Source: Halocafeteria seosinensis
Lineage: Eukaryota
Reading direction: 5' to 3'
NCBI GenBank assembly: GCA_001687465.1
Contig: LVLI01000005.1
Location: 186,001-250,000 of the forward strand
Length of the DNA stretch: 64,000 bases
Shown here: piece after piece, positions 48,851 through 60,718 of the stretch
How positions within the stretch are numbered: the first letter of the stretch is position 1
How the letters are laid out: each line of letters starts with the position of its first letter
Notes under the pieces: generated by a model
The model's input: only the letters and a program-made list of their open reading frames with translations
Databases searched by the model: none
Told to the model about the DNA's origin: nothing
Program-made: the position numbers and the translations under genes

Positions 48851-49367
48851 CTCCCATGCACGTATTCCTCATTGCACCCGAATCCTAGTCAAACTACAAC
48901 AAACGCATGAAGTATATCTACCACAAAGCCAACCTAAAGAGTGATAAATCTTGTCCTAAACCACTATAATAGCCGCGAACTCGATGATCTACCCACTAAT
49001 AAAGGTTCCTCTAGAGTCTGGAGGAACATTACAATCTTTTCGTTATGTTGCAACTTCAAGCAAAGAAAAGTAAGTCGTATCAGAAGCCAGGAGGATGCGA
49101 TGAGGAATCGTGGAAAACGACGAGAAGTTTTGAGTGCCTGTAGACCAAATGAACTTTTGGGGTAAGTGATTGCCTACGCATCTGTACTCGCTTGGGAACT
49201 GATACTGGAATTACTTGGAAACTCCTCGTATGGATTCTCCCCTTTTGAACTTGTGAGGCTGGGAACAAAAAAGCACCGGGAACGTCGCATAGGGGGATAC
49301 TGAGGGAGCAAAAACTATTGGGTTCGATCGTGGCCGAATTGGGACGTTTACACAGCATTTTGGCACG

Positions 49368-51917
49368 ATGAAGGCTCTATTTCCACGCGGTTTCCGATAC
49401 TCTTCGGCATTTCTGCGCCGTTCCAATCTTGGGCAGCAAGTTCCGCAACGCTCCTTTGCGACAGCGGAATCGAGCAAACAGCAGCCTCCATTGAAAGCAA
49501 ACACCGAGACTTCACAATCCAAGTCTACGACGGAAGGTGGACAAAAGAGTGGAAGTGGAGGCAGTACTAGTAGCAGCGGTGGTGGCGGAGGCGGCGGCAG
49601 AGGTGGGCTGTATTTCACCATCTTTGCAGCAGGTGGTGCCGCAGCAGCGTATTACTATGCGGATGATTTAGGCTTGTCCAAGTACATTGAGGACTTAATG
49701 GGCAAACCAGCTCCCGCTGACGACATGAACCAGAAGAAATCACAACAGAAGGCAGCTGCTCCGGCAAAAGAGCAGACTTCGAAACCCGCTCCTCCCGCAC
49801 AAGAAAAGAAGCCCAAGGAGGAGAAGGATTCGACAGCCACTCGAAAAAGTGCTACTGGAACCGTTTCCCAGCGGTCGAAACAAGACATAGAACAAGAAAA
49901 ACAGAGCCTTAATGCTGCACTATCTTTAGCAGAGAAAGCAATAGAGAAGGAGAAATCAAAACAGAAAGACCAGCAAAAGTCAGCATCGACGATTCAAGGA
50001 TCTAGCTCTACATCTGGCAAGACCGAAGAGCAATCGCAACGCGAACAAGAAAAAAATGCTTCCCAACAGCAAACACCCTCCCAAACAGTCGATCAGGAAG
50101 GAGGTGAGCACTCGACTACTGAAGGCGGTAGCCATGGCCAGCCTCAAGAAAAGGGATCAGCAACTGGGAGCTCCGAAAGTTCAAGCAAGTCATCCAGCGG
50201 GACCAGCAAATCCGATTATACTACAGAACGCATTGCAGAGGAGCTAAGGGAAGATCTGATAGCCCGAACGAGAAAAAATGTGGAAAACATGTCGGAAAGT
50301 GAATTGCGGGAACGCGTTTTGCTCCTGACTGAGGAGCTATCTGAGCGAAGCAAATGGGAAGTATGTCTATTTCGTCCTCACTCGCTAAATGGATCGCCTT
50401 CATAGATTGGCTTTTTTTGATTACAGGCGATTCGGATCAATGAGTTTCTCCGTGCTCAAGAGGACAAGTGGCACCAACGGTTTGCCGAATTTGCGGAAGA
50501 ACAACGGCAGGCTCTGGCTGCTGAAATTGAAGATGAAAAATCTAGGGTTTCCAAACAGCTGGAGCAGCAGAACAAGTAAGTCCGGGTCCACTTGTTACAT
50601 AGAGCTTGTCCAGTGATGCGTATTGTTCTATTGAACCGAAACGCGAAGCGCTACCATGTAGTGTTTTGAGCTGAATGTGGACCGCACTTTTTCCTGAGGA
50701 CATTGTTCATAGAATCTTAGTACTCGTCGGGAGGGCTAGATGGCCTAGGATGGTTAATCTAGAATTACCCTGAAAATATTTGTAGAAAACTTATTTTACT
50801 GAGGCCACCAGCCCCCTGCCACTGAGGATTCGAGGATGTAATCTTTTATCTTAGACTCTCCGCAACATGGCTGGCTATTGTCACCATGAGTGTTGAATCG
50901 CATGGCTTACTGAGAATCCTCCCTTGTTACAATTGGCTTCGTGTCAGTGTACTCCCGTAGCACTTCTAACTGGTCATGTTCTTTGTGTGTTTTTGCAGCG
51001 AATGGAGGAATAGCGAATTGCAACGGATGTCGCATGAAGTTGAGCAAATAGCTCAGTCGCAACTTGGAAAGCTTCTTCAACAGGTAAAAGACCATGATGC
51101 CAAAGTGACGCAAGACCGATTACGAACGTTAGAACACTTAAGAGGGAAAATGGAAGGATTGTCGGAGGGTCTCGAAGAATATCATCACTACAACGTGCTA
51201 TCTAACAACGTACATAGAATAGCCACGAGCAGTTTATATCTACTCCAAGCCTTTGAATATGAAAAGAAGCAGCCGTTAACTGATGAAATAGCAGCCATCG
51301 AAGTTGCTGGGAAACGCGATGATGCAATATCATTAGCTGTCAAAATGATGCCTTCCTGTGTGCACTCTCCAAAAGGGCCGCCTACTCGCCAGGAGCTCTT
51401 CACTCGTCTTAGGCGAGTACTGCGAGCTGGAGAGGCGGCAGCACTAACGCCTCAAAATAGCGGTCTTGTCGGCCATGCAGTCGGCAGTGTCACCTCTGGC
51501 CTGCTGTACAAAGAGGAAGAAGACGTTCCGTCTTTCGGTCCGTCGTTGCCCTCTGATGGTTTGCTCTCACCCTATGTTGAGGCTGCTCGTGGAAAGCTCG
51601 GTGCCGTGCTGAACCGGGCTTGGGACTCAACCAAGGACGCTGCATCTCAGTTGGTCCCCACTTCTACTGAATCAGAGAGCGCAAGTAACAAGAATGTATC
51701 GAAACAGCAGGAATGGAGCAGAATCATTGAAGAAGCTACCGAAGCGCTACATGGCAATGATCTCAGCGGTGCCGTGCGAGCGCTGGACAAACTCGAAGGG
51801 TACCCTGCGGTCGTGGTGAGAGACTGGAAGAAAGAAGCGCGTGAGCGATTGCGTATTGAACATTCTATGAGAATCATACGGGCCGAAACGACCTGTCTCA
51901 CGGTTAGTATGTATTAA
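49368..51917 (+). CDS. MIC60: MICOS subunit Mic60 / mitofilin
   Basis: Mitochondrial presequence, one TM segment (GLYFTIFAAGGAAAAYYY), coiled coil, and C-terminal mitofilin domain (AVRALDKLEGYPAVVVRDWKKEARERL). Two introns, the second 423 nt long. Confidence 0.85.
50608..50682 (+). ncRNA. Candidate box C/D snoRNA 1 (MIC60 intron)
   Basis: Terminal stem GTCCA/TGGAC, C-like box GTGATGC (50613-50619), D box CTGA (50671-50674). Target unclear. Confidence 0.5.
50688..50777 (+). ncRNA. Box C/D snoRNA 2, predicted guide for 18S Am159 (human numbering)
   Basis: C-like box TGAGGA and D box CTGA (50770-50773), directly preceded by TCTAGAATTACC, the complement of conserved 18S GGUAAUUCUAGA. The D+5 rule lands on the known Am159 site. 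Confidence 0.75.
50826..50919 (+). ncRNA. Candidate box C/D snoRNA 3 with an 18S 5'-region guide
   Basis: 6-bp stem GGATTC/GAATCC, degenerate C box AGGATGT, and D box CTGA (50910-50913) preceded by GCATGGCTTA, complementary to 18S UAAGCCAUGC. Confidence 0.65.
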
Positions 51918-51948
51918 TAGACGAGAACAGCATGATGACTGAACACCA

Positions 51949-54493
51949 TTATGTATCTTCTTCATCGTTACTGCCGTTTTGCGGGGTTATTGCTTCATCG
52001 CCCATTTCCGAGTCAACATTGTCCGATGCCGCGTGCTGCCCCGTTGCTTCTTGAACTGTACCGTTCACTCCGTTGGAAGTGCGCTTCGAGAGATGCATGT
52101 CCACATAGGTCTTCACGACGAATTTGCTTTCGCAAGCCTTATACGCCATGGGTCTAACCTTCCCATAGATTTCTTTCTCCTTGGCGCCCATATCATGAAC
52201 ACCACCTACACAGGACGCACATCCTGCTATGCCAAGCGGATCTCTTCCATCTATGCTATACCTGTCATGCAGAAGGCTCAACACAATGAAAATAGGAGCT
52301 CACGTCAACGTACAGACATACTTATCATTCAGATGCAGCGCCACTTCCAATGCTTCCTCCGGAGACTGGCACAACTCTAGTAACCTCTGCGAGCAAACGT
52401 TGCACCACAAAATGCTCAGTGCTCCAAGTTTATCCATTGAGTTTAGTTCACTTACTTTTGCCCAATACTGCCTTGTGACAGGATGCATTTTTCCATGCCG
52501 AACCATTTCCATTTGTGAGGCATTCCATAAGTCATCATTAGTCTGACCATGCTCGAGATCTTCAAATGAGTGCGCATCTGGACGCGGATCTTGTCTGCAG
52601 GGAATGGAATTGACGTCGCACAATGACAACTTGCTAGTCTTCCGAAGTTGAGAGCGTTTGACAGAATTCATACCTATGCTCCTCAAGAGATTGTTTGGCC
52701 CAATCTGGGAACCCGTCTATAGTATCATGCGAGTCAACATAGTAGCAGAAATTGTCGCCCAACTCCTTTCGCACCACTAGTTCGTCGACAAAGACTTGAG
52801 ATCCTGTCGTCCGCATTTCTTGCTTTTCAACAAACAAGTCTGAAACTGCATACTTATGCACCCTTATCATCTCTAATACGATACGCTGAGCCGCTACATG
52901 ACCTGCGGGCAAAAAAAAAAAGGTGCGATTGAAAACCACAGCCTGTCAGAAGATGCTGTCCCCTTACCATAATTTAGGTATGGAGATAACCCACTCAATG
53001 CAGCCGGCTTATTTGGGTCGTGTTTCTTCTCCGGGTAACTTTCTATTTTGCCATGTAAAAACTTGTCCAGCGTCCGAGCAGCACCACGTTCTCCTGGGAT
53101 ACAGAAAGTCACCTCTGGCACGCTCCAATCGATTTCTAGACGGTTGAGTACAGTTTCCCAGTCAGTCCAAGGGACTCCCGCGTTGTTCTCTAGGGTCTTG
53201 ACAACTATACCGGATTCCGTTTCCCCGCCGCTGCGAATAACGGTACATCCGTTCTCCAAACGGGAAGGGAAATCAAAAGGCTGTTCTAGTACGTGCGGGA
53301 AGTCTGTCAGAAAGCTGCTCAGTCCTTTGTAGATCTTCTTTCTCATTGTTCGTGTGCCCACCTGTGAACACAGTCAGTGCAAACAAATTAAACATCGGGT
53401 TAAGTTACGAACAGACAGCCATATTCAGCTTACTTCTGCTTGATTGCTAGCCGACCAAACAGGAACAATGTTATGCGCGTCAATCTCCTCAAAGGTAACA
53501 TGCTCATCGAGACTAGAGGCAACTTCGTTCTTCCACGCTCGTACCACCTTCATCGGAGAAAAATCTGCGAGAGTAATATATCAGAGTCACACAAGGCGCG
53601 CTCATACAAGACAGTTGCCTTCAGCGCAATTGTAAAATCACCAACCTGTTATAACAGCACTCGCACCGATACTCTTTGCATAGGCAGGAACAGTCTCAGA
53701 CGGATTTCCTAGGGCCAAGCGAAAGATCATGTTGAATGCCCGAAGATCAGCCTCCAACTGCCTCAGACCGCGTAACAGGAAGCCCTGTTCTCGAGCGGTT
53801 GAGTAACCAGTTGCAGATTTCGGTGGTAACGCAAATAGTACAACTAGTGGCTGCTCCTTTCTAACTGCTCGGAGTTGGGCATGTATCAAGGCCCAGTTGT
53901 CCATAAGCCGCTGATCTCGCTGCATCCAGTAAATCACCGGTCCCGGTGCTGACTTTTTCCCCTTCTGTAGGACATTAATCCTACTCTTGTCGAAGCCTAC
54001 AGAATCATCGTGTTCAAACTCGACAGCGTCGTACAAGTTCGTCGTGACCACCACATTTGACTCTGTTAAACGACGGAGAAGAGAAGCTCTAGGGTCCTTC
54101 TGCTCTTCATTTGTTCCGGACTCTGATCTCTTTGGCTTGGATGAAGCTCCTGCTGTGAGTTCTCGGTACGATTCACTTTTCCATTTCTTCAGAATATCTC
54201 TGCATTTCGTCCGTATGGACAAGGGCAGTCTGGATTCCTTGCGCAGTCTTTGGAATATAATTGGCACTTGGGTTTTCTGCATACATAAACACACACACAC
54301 ACATGGACGACAAGGTGATATACGGGAGCATTCTTAGTTTTCATTGGGGCTCAATGGACGGACGTACAGCTAATGCAGTGGCAGAAATGGGAGAGGCCTC
54401 CAAAGACTGCAATATTTCGAGCGCATGGTCGATGTTTTTGTCAGTCAAAGCTTGCTGTAAATCATGCACTGTACTGCGCAATGTCTCCTCCAT
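51949..54493 (-). CDS. Class II CPD photolyase-like protein with N-terminal TFIIS-N (LW) domain
   Basis: PVIYWMQRDQRLMDNWAL, LSGLSPYL, ELVVRKELGDNF, LWNASQ, GKMH, LNDKYSIDGRDP and GGVHD are class II photolyase motifs. Exons 1-2 encode ALEILQSLEASPISATALAKTQVPIIFQRLRK...CRDILKKWK. Confidence 0.88.
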
Positions 54494-55140
54494 GTCGCGT
54501 GTAGAGCCGTGTTGGTCATGGAAAAATGGAAAACAGAAATCTACACCACCACCTCGTAAATGCACGACACACACATACACACACACAATCCTTTGGCGGT
54601 GAGGAAACTACCAACCCTTCCTCCAGCTAGCAAGCTAGAAGTCTTGTGAACCACGCGGTGGAAGTGCAAAAACTTTGTTACCCGGTATTATTACGTGAGA
54701 GTGGAATTTCAATATTTAGCCGCGTAGAAGGTTGATTTGCTAGCAGTGGGAAAGTGCTTCTCTTTGCTTTGGTTGGTTGGGAAATCCCTTCCCCCACAAG
54801 GCGGATTCCCCAACCGAGACTCCGGGCAGCCTTCAACAGTTGCGACACGTTGTCCCGCTCGATTTGGTTTTGTTACTTTGTTCTGTGGGTGAGACTGATT
54901 TGGACGGTCTGGATTGAGAATACGCGCATCACTTGGGATCTCTCAATTACGAACATTTCCTAAGTTATTTCTTCAATTCTAAATTCTGACATACAATACA
55001 ACAGCACAAGTACGTTTCTTTATTTCTCACAGCCGTCTTTGAACAAGTACCAGCCAGCAGTAAGTGGTAAGATTGGTTGAAGACAGAACAGCGCATCCGG
55101 ACTGATCATCGAGTAAAGTTTTTTTTCAAGGTGTACGCAG

Positions 55141-55552
55141 ATGTCGCAAGGAAAGGATCAACAAGGCATTGAAATGCAACAAGTGAGTAGTGTAGTGGTA
55201 GTTAGTATGGCGATGGCTCGAGAGAGTATCCGTTTACCAGGGTGTACCACCGCCGCAGCCTGTACCGCAGCCTGTAGCACAGCCTGGTCCACAGGCAGTG
55301 CCTCCCCCACAGAGCATGCCTCCAGGGCCCCGGTTTCGGGAATACAAAGTCGAGGAAATTTCTGGTAAATGCTGCCCGGTCCTCTGCTGGTTATCAAACA
55401 CTCCTTCGGAAGAAATTCAGCAACAACTTACCAACGAAGCACAGAGCGGGTGGACGCTAGTTGAGCGCAATGATGAATACAGGGGGTGGCCACTATGCCA
55501 GATGCTATGCTGCTGTCACTGGAGGGTTTCTATATTAACTCTTGGTCGATGA
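55141..55552 (+). CDS. Small Pro/Gln-rich, Cys-rich protein (DUF4177-like)
   Basis: Two exons. PQ-rich N-terminus, then EYKVEEI...LTNEAQSGWTLV and CC clusters. Confidence 0.55.
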
Positions 55553-55738
55553 AGTTTGTGCAGAAGAACTACCTTTCCATGCCTTTCGGAAGACGTCAGG
55601 TGGTTGAACCAAGCTGTCTTAAGCCCCCTACTGAGGAATATACTGTGTCATTGTATTCCTACATTGCGTACCCCTACGCTATCAACGCTAACACTCTTGG
55701 CGACGGATATATCTCAACCCAATTCGTACAGTCCATCT

Positions 55739-56539
55739 CTACAGAGCATACTGGATATCAACATTCGGGGCACGTCCCTTGACAAGCAGTCGGTCAAAGC
55801 TCCGGATCGAAGCGATTGGAAATCCGAGTTTTTCGCGATTAATTTCATCCACATCTTTTTTCCACTTCATATCTTTGCTTTTGTACGTTTCCACAAACTC
55901 CATCGCAGCGGCCTTAGAGGAATCCGAGGAGGAGCTGACAACTCCTTTGTTCACAATATAAATCTGGTGGCGCCAGTCTTCAGCAACATCGAGACTTTTG
56001 CCGAGATTCTCTTCTCCTTCCCCATGATAATGTACAGTTGGAACAAAAACATATCCATCCCGGATAGAATGAGAATATGCCATGGGGTGGTAAGTGTGGT
56101 CACCTTTTTTCAGTTTGCAGATAACGAAACCGTATTCGTCCGTATACTTCCGGTCCATAAAGCGTAATAAACTCTGTGTTACGCCAAATTTGCTCGAGTC
56201 GAGCTTCTCGAGTTCCCCTTTATTTTGGGCAATAGACACATCGTACGACCCAACTTGAAACACTTGGAGCTTAGATTTCGCACGAAAGCTTCTCAAACCA
56301 CGAGATGTGTTAACCATCATGGATCGACAATCTTCGAATATGGAGGGGTATTCTGTCAAGTCGTGGAACTGAATATCTTCGCTTATGTTTGTGGATGGGA
56401 CAGCTAACACCATGAAGTTATCCGGATGCTTCGTCCCCACTTTATTCGAATAGACCACCACTTGCCTGTCGTTTGCTTCATTGGGACCGACGAGAATCTC
56501 CGTGCCATTGACACTGGCACTCTGCGAAATGATGCACAT
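55739..56539 (-). CDS. Intronless conserved hypothetical protein resembling a giant-virus/bacterial family
   Basis: MCII..RQVVVYSNKV..NFMVLAVP..VFQVGSYDVS..GFVICKL..YHPMAYSH..VFVPTVHYH..DWRHQIY. Likely start is the ATG at 56539. Confidence 0.65.
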   Translation of the reverse strand: MCIISQSASVNGTEILVGPNEANDRQVVVYSNKVGTKHPDNFMVLAVPSTNISEDIQFHDLTEYPSIFEDCRSMMVNTSRGLRSFRAKSKLQVFQVGSYDVSIAQNKGELEKLDSSKFGVTQSLLRFMDRKYTDEYGFVICKLKKGDHTYHPMAYSHSIRDGYVFVPTVHYHGEGEENLGKSLDVAEDWRHQIYIVNKGVVSSSSDSSKAAAMEFVETYKSKDMKWKKDVDEINREKLGFPIASIRSFDRLLVKGRAPNVDIQYAL

Positions 56540-56738
56540 TATTAATCTCAATAGACGCCGATATTGATTCTCCGCGCGAGGGAGTGAGATTCCAGCACCA
56601 ACAACACTGCGGAGGATACTTGAAGTACTTTGGTCAGAGTTGGAATTAGTGGCTGTCCCTACACGGTTCGGGTCCAATAGGAAGAAGAAGAAAACACTAT
56701 ATGCCATAGCTAGGTTAGAATTTTCCGTTATCGAGATC

Positions 56739-58770
56739 ATGTCTGCTGACGCATCTCATACGAGAACGAGACTCCTCTTCAATACGGGAAGCATTTCGGC
56801 CACGACAACGATATCAGCCCACCATTCTGCTCATAACGGAGACGATGATAACAAGCAAAGAGACGGAACGACGACCCACACGGTAAAGGGAGGAAGTGCT
56901 GGAGAAGAGAAATTCTCTGCCTCCTCCTCGTATGGAGATGTTGCGGTGGCGCGGTCGGCGACTGCCACCTCTTCACAGGAAGTAGCAGCTGATCATGCAC
57001 GGAGCGAGAGAGAGGATGATGCTGGCCAGACACACCCGGATGAAGACCCTACAACAGTGCAGGCGATTAAGGCGGCAGCGTTGGCAAAGGCGCTGATGAG
57101 TGGTGGGGAACGCAGCAAAATGGACAAGAAGCGACGCAAGGAGGAAGAACGCCGTGAAAACTTGATAATGAAACAGAAACACGCATGGGAGAAAATCATT
57201 GAAAAATATCACTCTACCGGCTATCTTCCAGCGAGGACCAAGTTAGAAAATCTAGGGATAAGTGGCATACCCTCCGCCATACGGCACCGCGCCTGGCCAG
57301 TATTAATCGGCAACAAAATGCAAGTCACGCCAGAATTATTCGGAATTTTCCGGGAGCGAGCAAAGTGGGCACGAGAGCGCGTCCAGGCAGATCAAGAGGA
57401 ACAAGAAAATGCATCTGATGAGCAAAATGATGAGGAGGATAATACATCTCATGGAAGTGTTCGCTCTAGGAAGAATAGTGTTCGGTCCGAGAACTCTACA
57501 CACCACGGACCTGCTCCTCCCACGCTTGGGAGAGAGGAGAGTATCCGATTAATCGAAACTGATCTTGAACGCACATTTCCTTCCCTGGCTTTCTTCAAAG
57601 AAGGGGGCCCGCTGCACGAGCCCCTGAGGGACATCCTGGAAGCGTTCGTATCCTACCGGCCGGATGTTGGATACGTCCAAGGAATGAGCTACTTGGGAGG
57701 AATGCTGCTACTTAATGTTGGTGATACCCCGACGTGCTTCCAATGTCTCGCAAATATGCTCGCCAGTAGCACCTATTTTGACTTTTACCGCTTGGATATG
57801 GCTAAGGTAAGAGTCACGGTCGTCGAGTCTACTCAGATACTCAGTTCGATACCTCACCGACTTGATGCAGATGCGCGAACATCTACGCGTCTTCGATTAT
57901 TTCTTCGCATATCACATACCTGTATTACATGCGTACTTTTCGCAAGAAGGGGTAATGCTTGAGGTACGTATATACTTGGTGTTCTCTATGCCCAACATTA
58001 GTTTGAAACGAGTGTTCCCGCAGTCTTCCATCCTTGGATGGATATTGACCCTCTTCAGTAATGTTCTACCTCTCGATATAGCGGCGAGGATATGGGATTA
58101 TTATTTTTGCTCTACTGAGACCGTAGTTTGGACCATTGCGCTTGCGCTGTTGAAGATGCTCGAGCTCCACGCTCTTCAGTCGGATTTTTCGGGCATCATG
58201 AATATGCTTCGACGTCCCCCTGAGGTATGCGACGATATACTGACTAACAGAAAGATAAATTTGCGATATTCACATACTTGTGTATTGCTGCAGTATATCG
58301 AATGGAGTGGTTTCTTCGACGTAATAGACAGCGTGAAAATTGATGAGAAGAAATTCCATGACTTATTGTTCAAAGTAAAGAACGGCACTGAGCTGAAACC
58401 CCCCACGCCTAAAACTTCCAGTTTCAAGTATGCCTCGTACGCACCAGCAGCAGCCGCAGCCGCCACCGCTAGGAGTAATCGCTTACGCTCCGTCTTGGTG
58501 AACCGATCACTGAGGCCCGGCACAGAAGAGACCAGTTCCACTGCCACAAGTGAAGAGGTCCCCGAATCGTCAATAGGTATGCTGGCATCCACCACAAAGA
58601 GCAAACTTAAGACTTTTAAAGACAAGCTTATCCCACGTGCGCATACTCCCGATAGCCATGACGAGGGTGCCGCAGGGGTTACTAGCTCCAAGACGGAGAC
58701 GTTAGACCACCACGAGAACGGTAACGGTGAGGCCAATCAGGCCTCGGGGAGCAATGGTGCTAAACAGTGA
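56739..58770 (+). CDS. TBC-domain Rab GTPase-activating protein (TBC1D12/14-like)
   Basis: GIPSAIRHRAW, IETDLERTFP (Arg finger), YRPDVGYVQGMSYL (Gln finger) and ARIWDY. Confidence 0.9.
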
Positions 58771-58823
58771 ATACACATATTCTTTCCTCCCTCCGAATGT
58801 TTATGCGTGTAGTAGCTTCGTCT

Positions 58824-59107
58824 TTATTTCTTCAAGTCCTGTTGTTGCTGTCGTTGATGCTCCTGCAGCTCCTTCTCCATCTCCTCCATTTTCTGTAAGT
58901 TGGCGCTCTTGATGGGGAGAATCTTGGGTTTGCAAAGAATGTGCTGTAATTCTCCCTTTTCTGAATACAGCAAGCCAGCCTTTGGGAGGACCTCGTCTAC
59001 TTTCCGAGACGGCTGCACATTGTTGTCATTATCATCGTCCTGCAAAAAAAGAGAGGACTGAGTGAGGTCTGTCTGGACTAGCATGCCTTCCCACCACTTA
59101 CATCCAT
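58824..59107 (-). CDS. BBIP1: BBSome-interacting protein 1 (BBS18)
   Basis: EVLPKAGLL...ILCKPKILPIKSANLQKMEEM. A two-codon first exon (ATG GAT) is followed by a GTAAGT...TTGCAG intron. Confidence 0.82.
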
Positions 59108-59662
59108 TTTGCTGTCCCAGGAATAAGGGAAAGGTTGATAAATAAATAAACAAATGCTTTTCTTCGTTTCCTCCCACAATGCGAAACTGTACCAACCACT
59201 GGTCTTCCATTGCGGTACTTCACCTTGTGAACAAGAGCAACTATCGGATTCAATACAAGTACGGTATTCAACGAGTGGCAAGTTCCGATGTTTTAGTTGC
59301 ACTCGTAGCTGGTACCAACTATGATAGAAATAATGATGCACAGTACTTGTGTTCTGCTTGTTTTGCATTTTCTTATGCTACAGCTTTGCCGGAGTGCTTG
59401 TCCTCCGTTCTGAGGGTTTGCCATGTAAGCATGAAAGGTTCCAGTAGGTATCACAATCTGGATATCGTTCTACTCATGACAAAGACGTCATCGCGTCGTT
59501 TGCATAGGACTAATACTATGGCAAATGAAGAAGAACATCGGTCGTGCACACACGCTGGGCCACTCTTTTGGTTTCTCAAAGAACCATTCATGTCCATAAT
59601 TGAAAAACCACTACTATCGGGGCAGTCATTTCTAAAGCCTAATGATCGGGCACCAGTACTTC

Positions 59663-60718
59663 TCACATCATACCCATCATTCCTCCTAGGCCTTGTTGTG
59701 ATTGCTGTTGTTGTTGCTTCATGCGCTGGAACATTTGCCGAGCAATGTTCTCACACCCGACTTGGTCAAGCATCTGTATTTTGTATTTCTGTTCATTCTC
59801 CATCAAGCTTTGGAAATCTCTATCCACAGAGCTGAAAGCGGAAACGTTCAAATGAAAGAAGAGTCTCGAGTTTTCTAGTTTGTAGTCCCGCAAAACCTTG
59901 CTGAGCGCCCGCTCTTTACAGTGTTCCAAATCTGAATACATAGCACTTTCGAACGTTGGTGTATTCTTCTCATAACCCTGTGCATACAAGAAGCACCAAA
60001 ATGATAACATGGGTACTGGTTCAGCGCTGTAAATATAATGAAACCACCCCATACCTGTTTCTTTAGACTCCCCGCAGACAACTCAAGCTCGTTTCCAATT
60101 TGCCTAATCATGCGAGCATATATCTGTCTCAAACTGTTCGATGGGAACAAAACCATTGGTTTCTCTTGAAGATGTTGCTCTTTTAGCGATTTGATCTGTA
60201 GATCAGAATACTACTCGGCTTTATCTCACAAACAGCAGATGTCGTAACTTTTTCAACACAACGTACCGCTGGATCATTTTCGTAGTACCTCAACGCCGTC
60301 GTCAAGTCTTTTTCCTGGACGTGATACTTGCCGGCAAGCTCTTCAGTTTTCCTTTTGATCTTGTCTTCTAATTGATGATGCAACTTCTTGAGCGATTTGG
60401 AGTCCACCGACCGCGCATTGCTCAAGTCCGTTCCATCTTGGACAGTTTTGGCCTGTATAAATGTCACATGGGTGAGTTCCTCGCCGTCCATCTACAGCAC
60501 CCACTTCAACTTACAGCTTCTTCCTTGACATACTCGAGGGACTCCTCCAACAGCTTCTTTAAAGTGTCCTTGGTAACAGAGCGTGGCTTCCGTGGATAGT
60601 ACCAATTCCCACTTTTGACCACCGAGTGGAAGTACGCCGCGGACGCGCCAAACGCCGCCGACAAAGCGGCAGAGGTGAGTCCTAGTATCCACTGGTCTGT
60701 TTTCGATTCTAGATCCAT
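59663..60718 (-). CDS. Hypothetical protein with N-terminal membrane anchor
   Basis: Four ORF pieces join in frame through GT-AG introns. N-terminal hydrophobic segment ILGLTSAALSAAFGASAAYF. Confidence 0.6.

Noticed and set aside
59179..59835. 218-aa plus-strand ORF
   Set aside because: It is partly antisense to a better-supported gene and has no motifs. Most other short ORFs in the track are likewise antisense or shadow frames.
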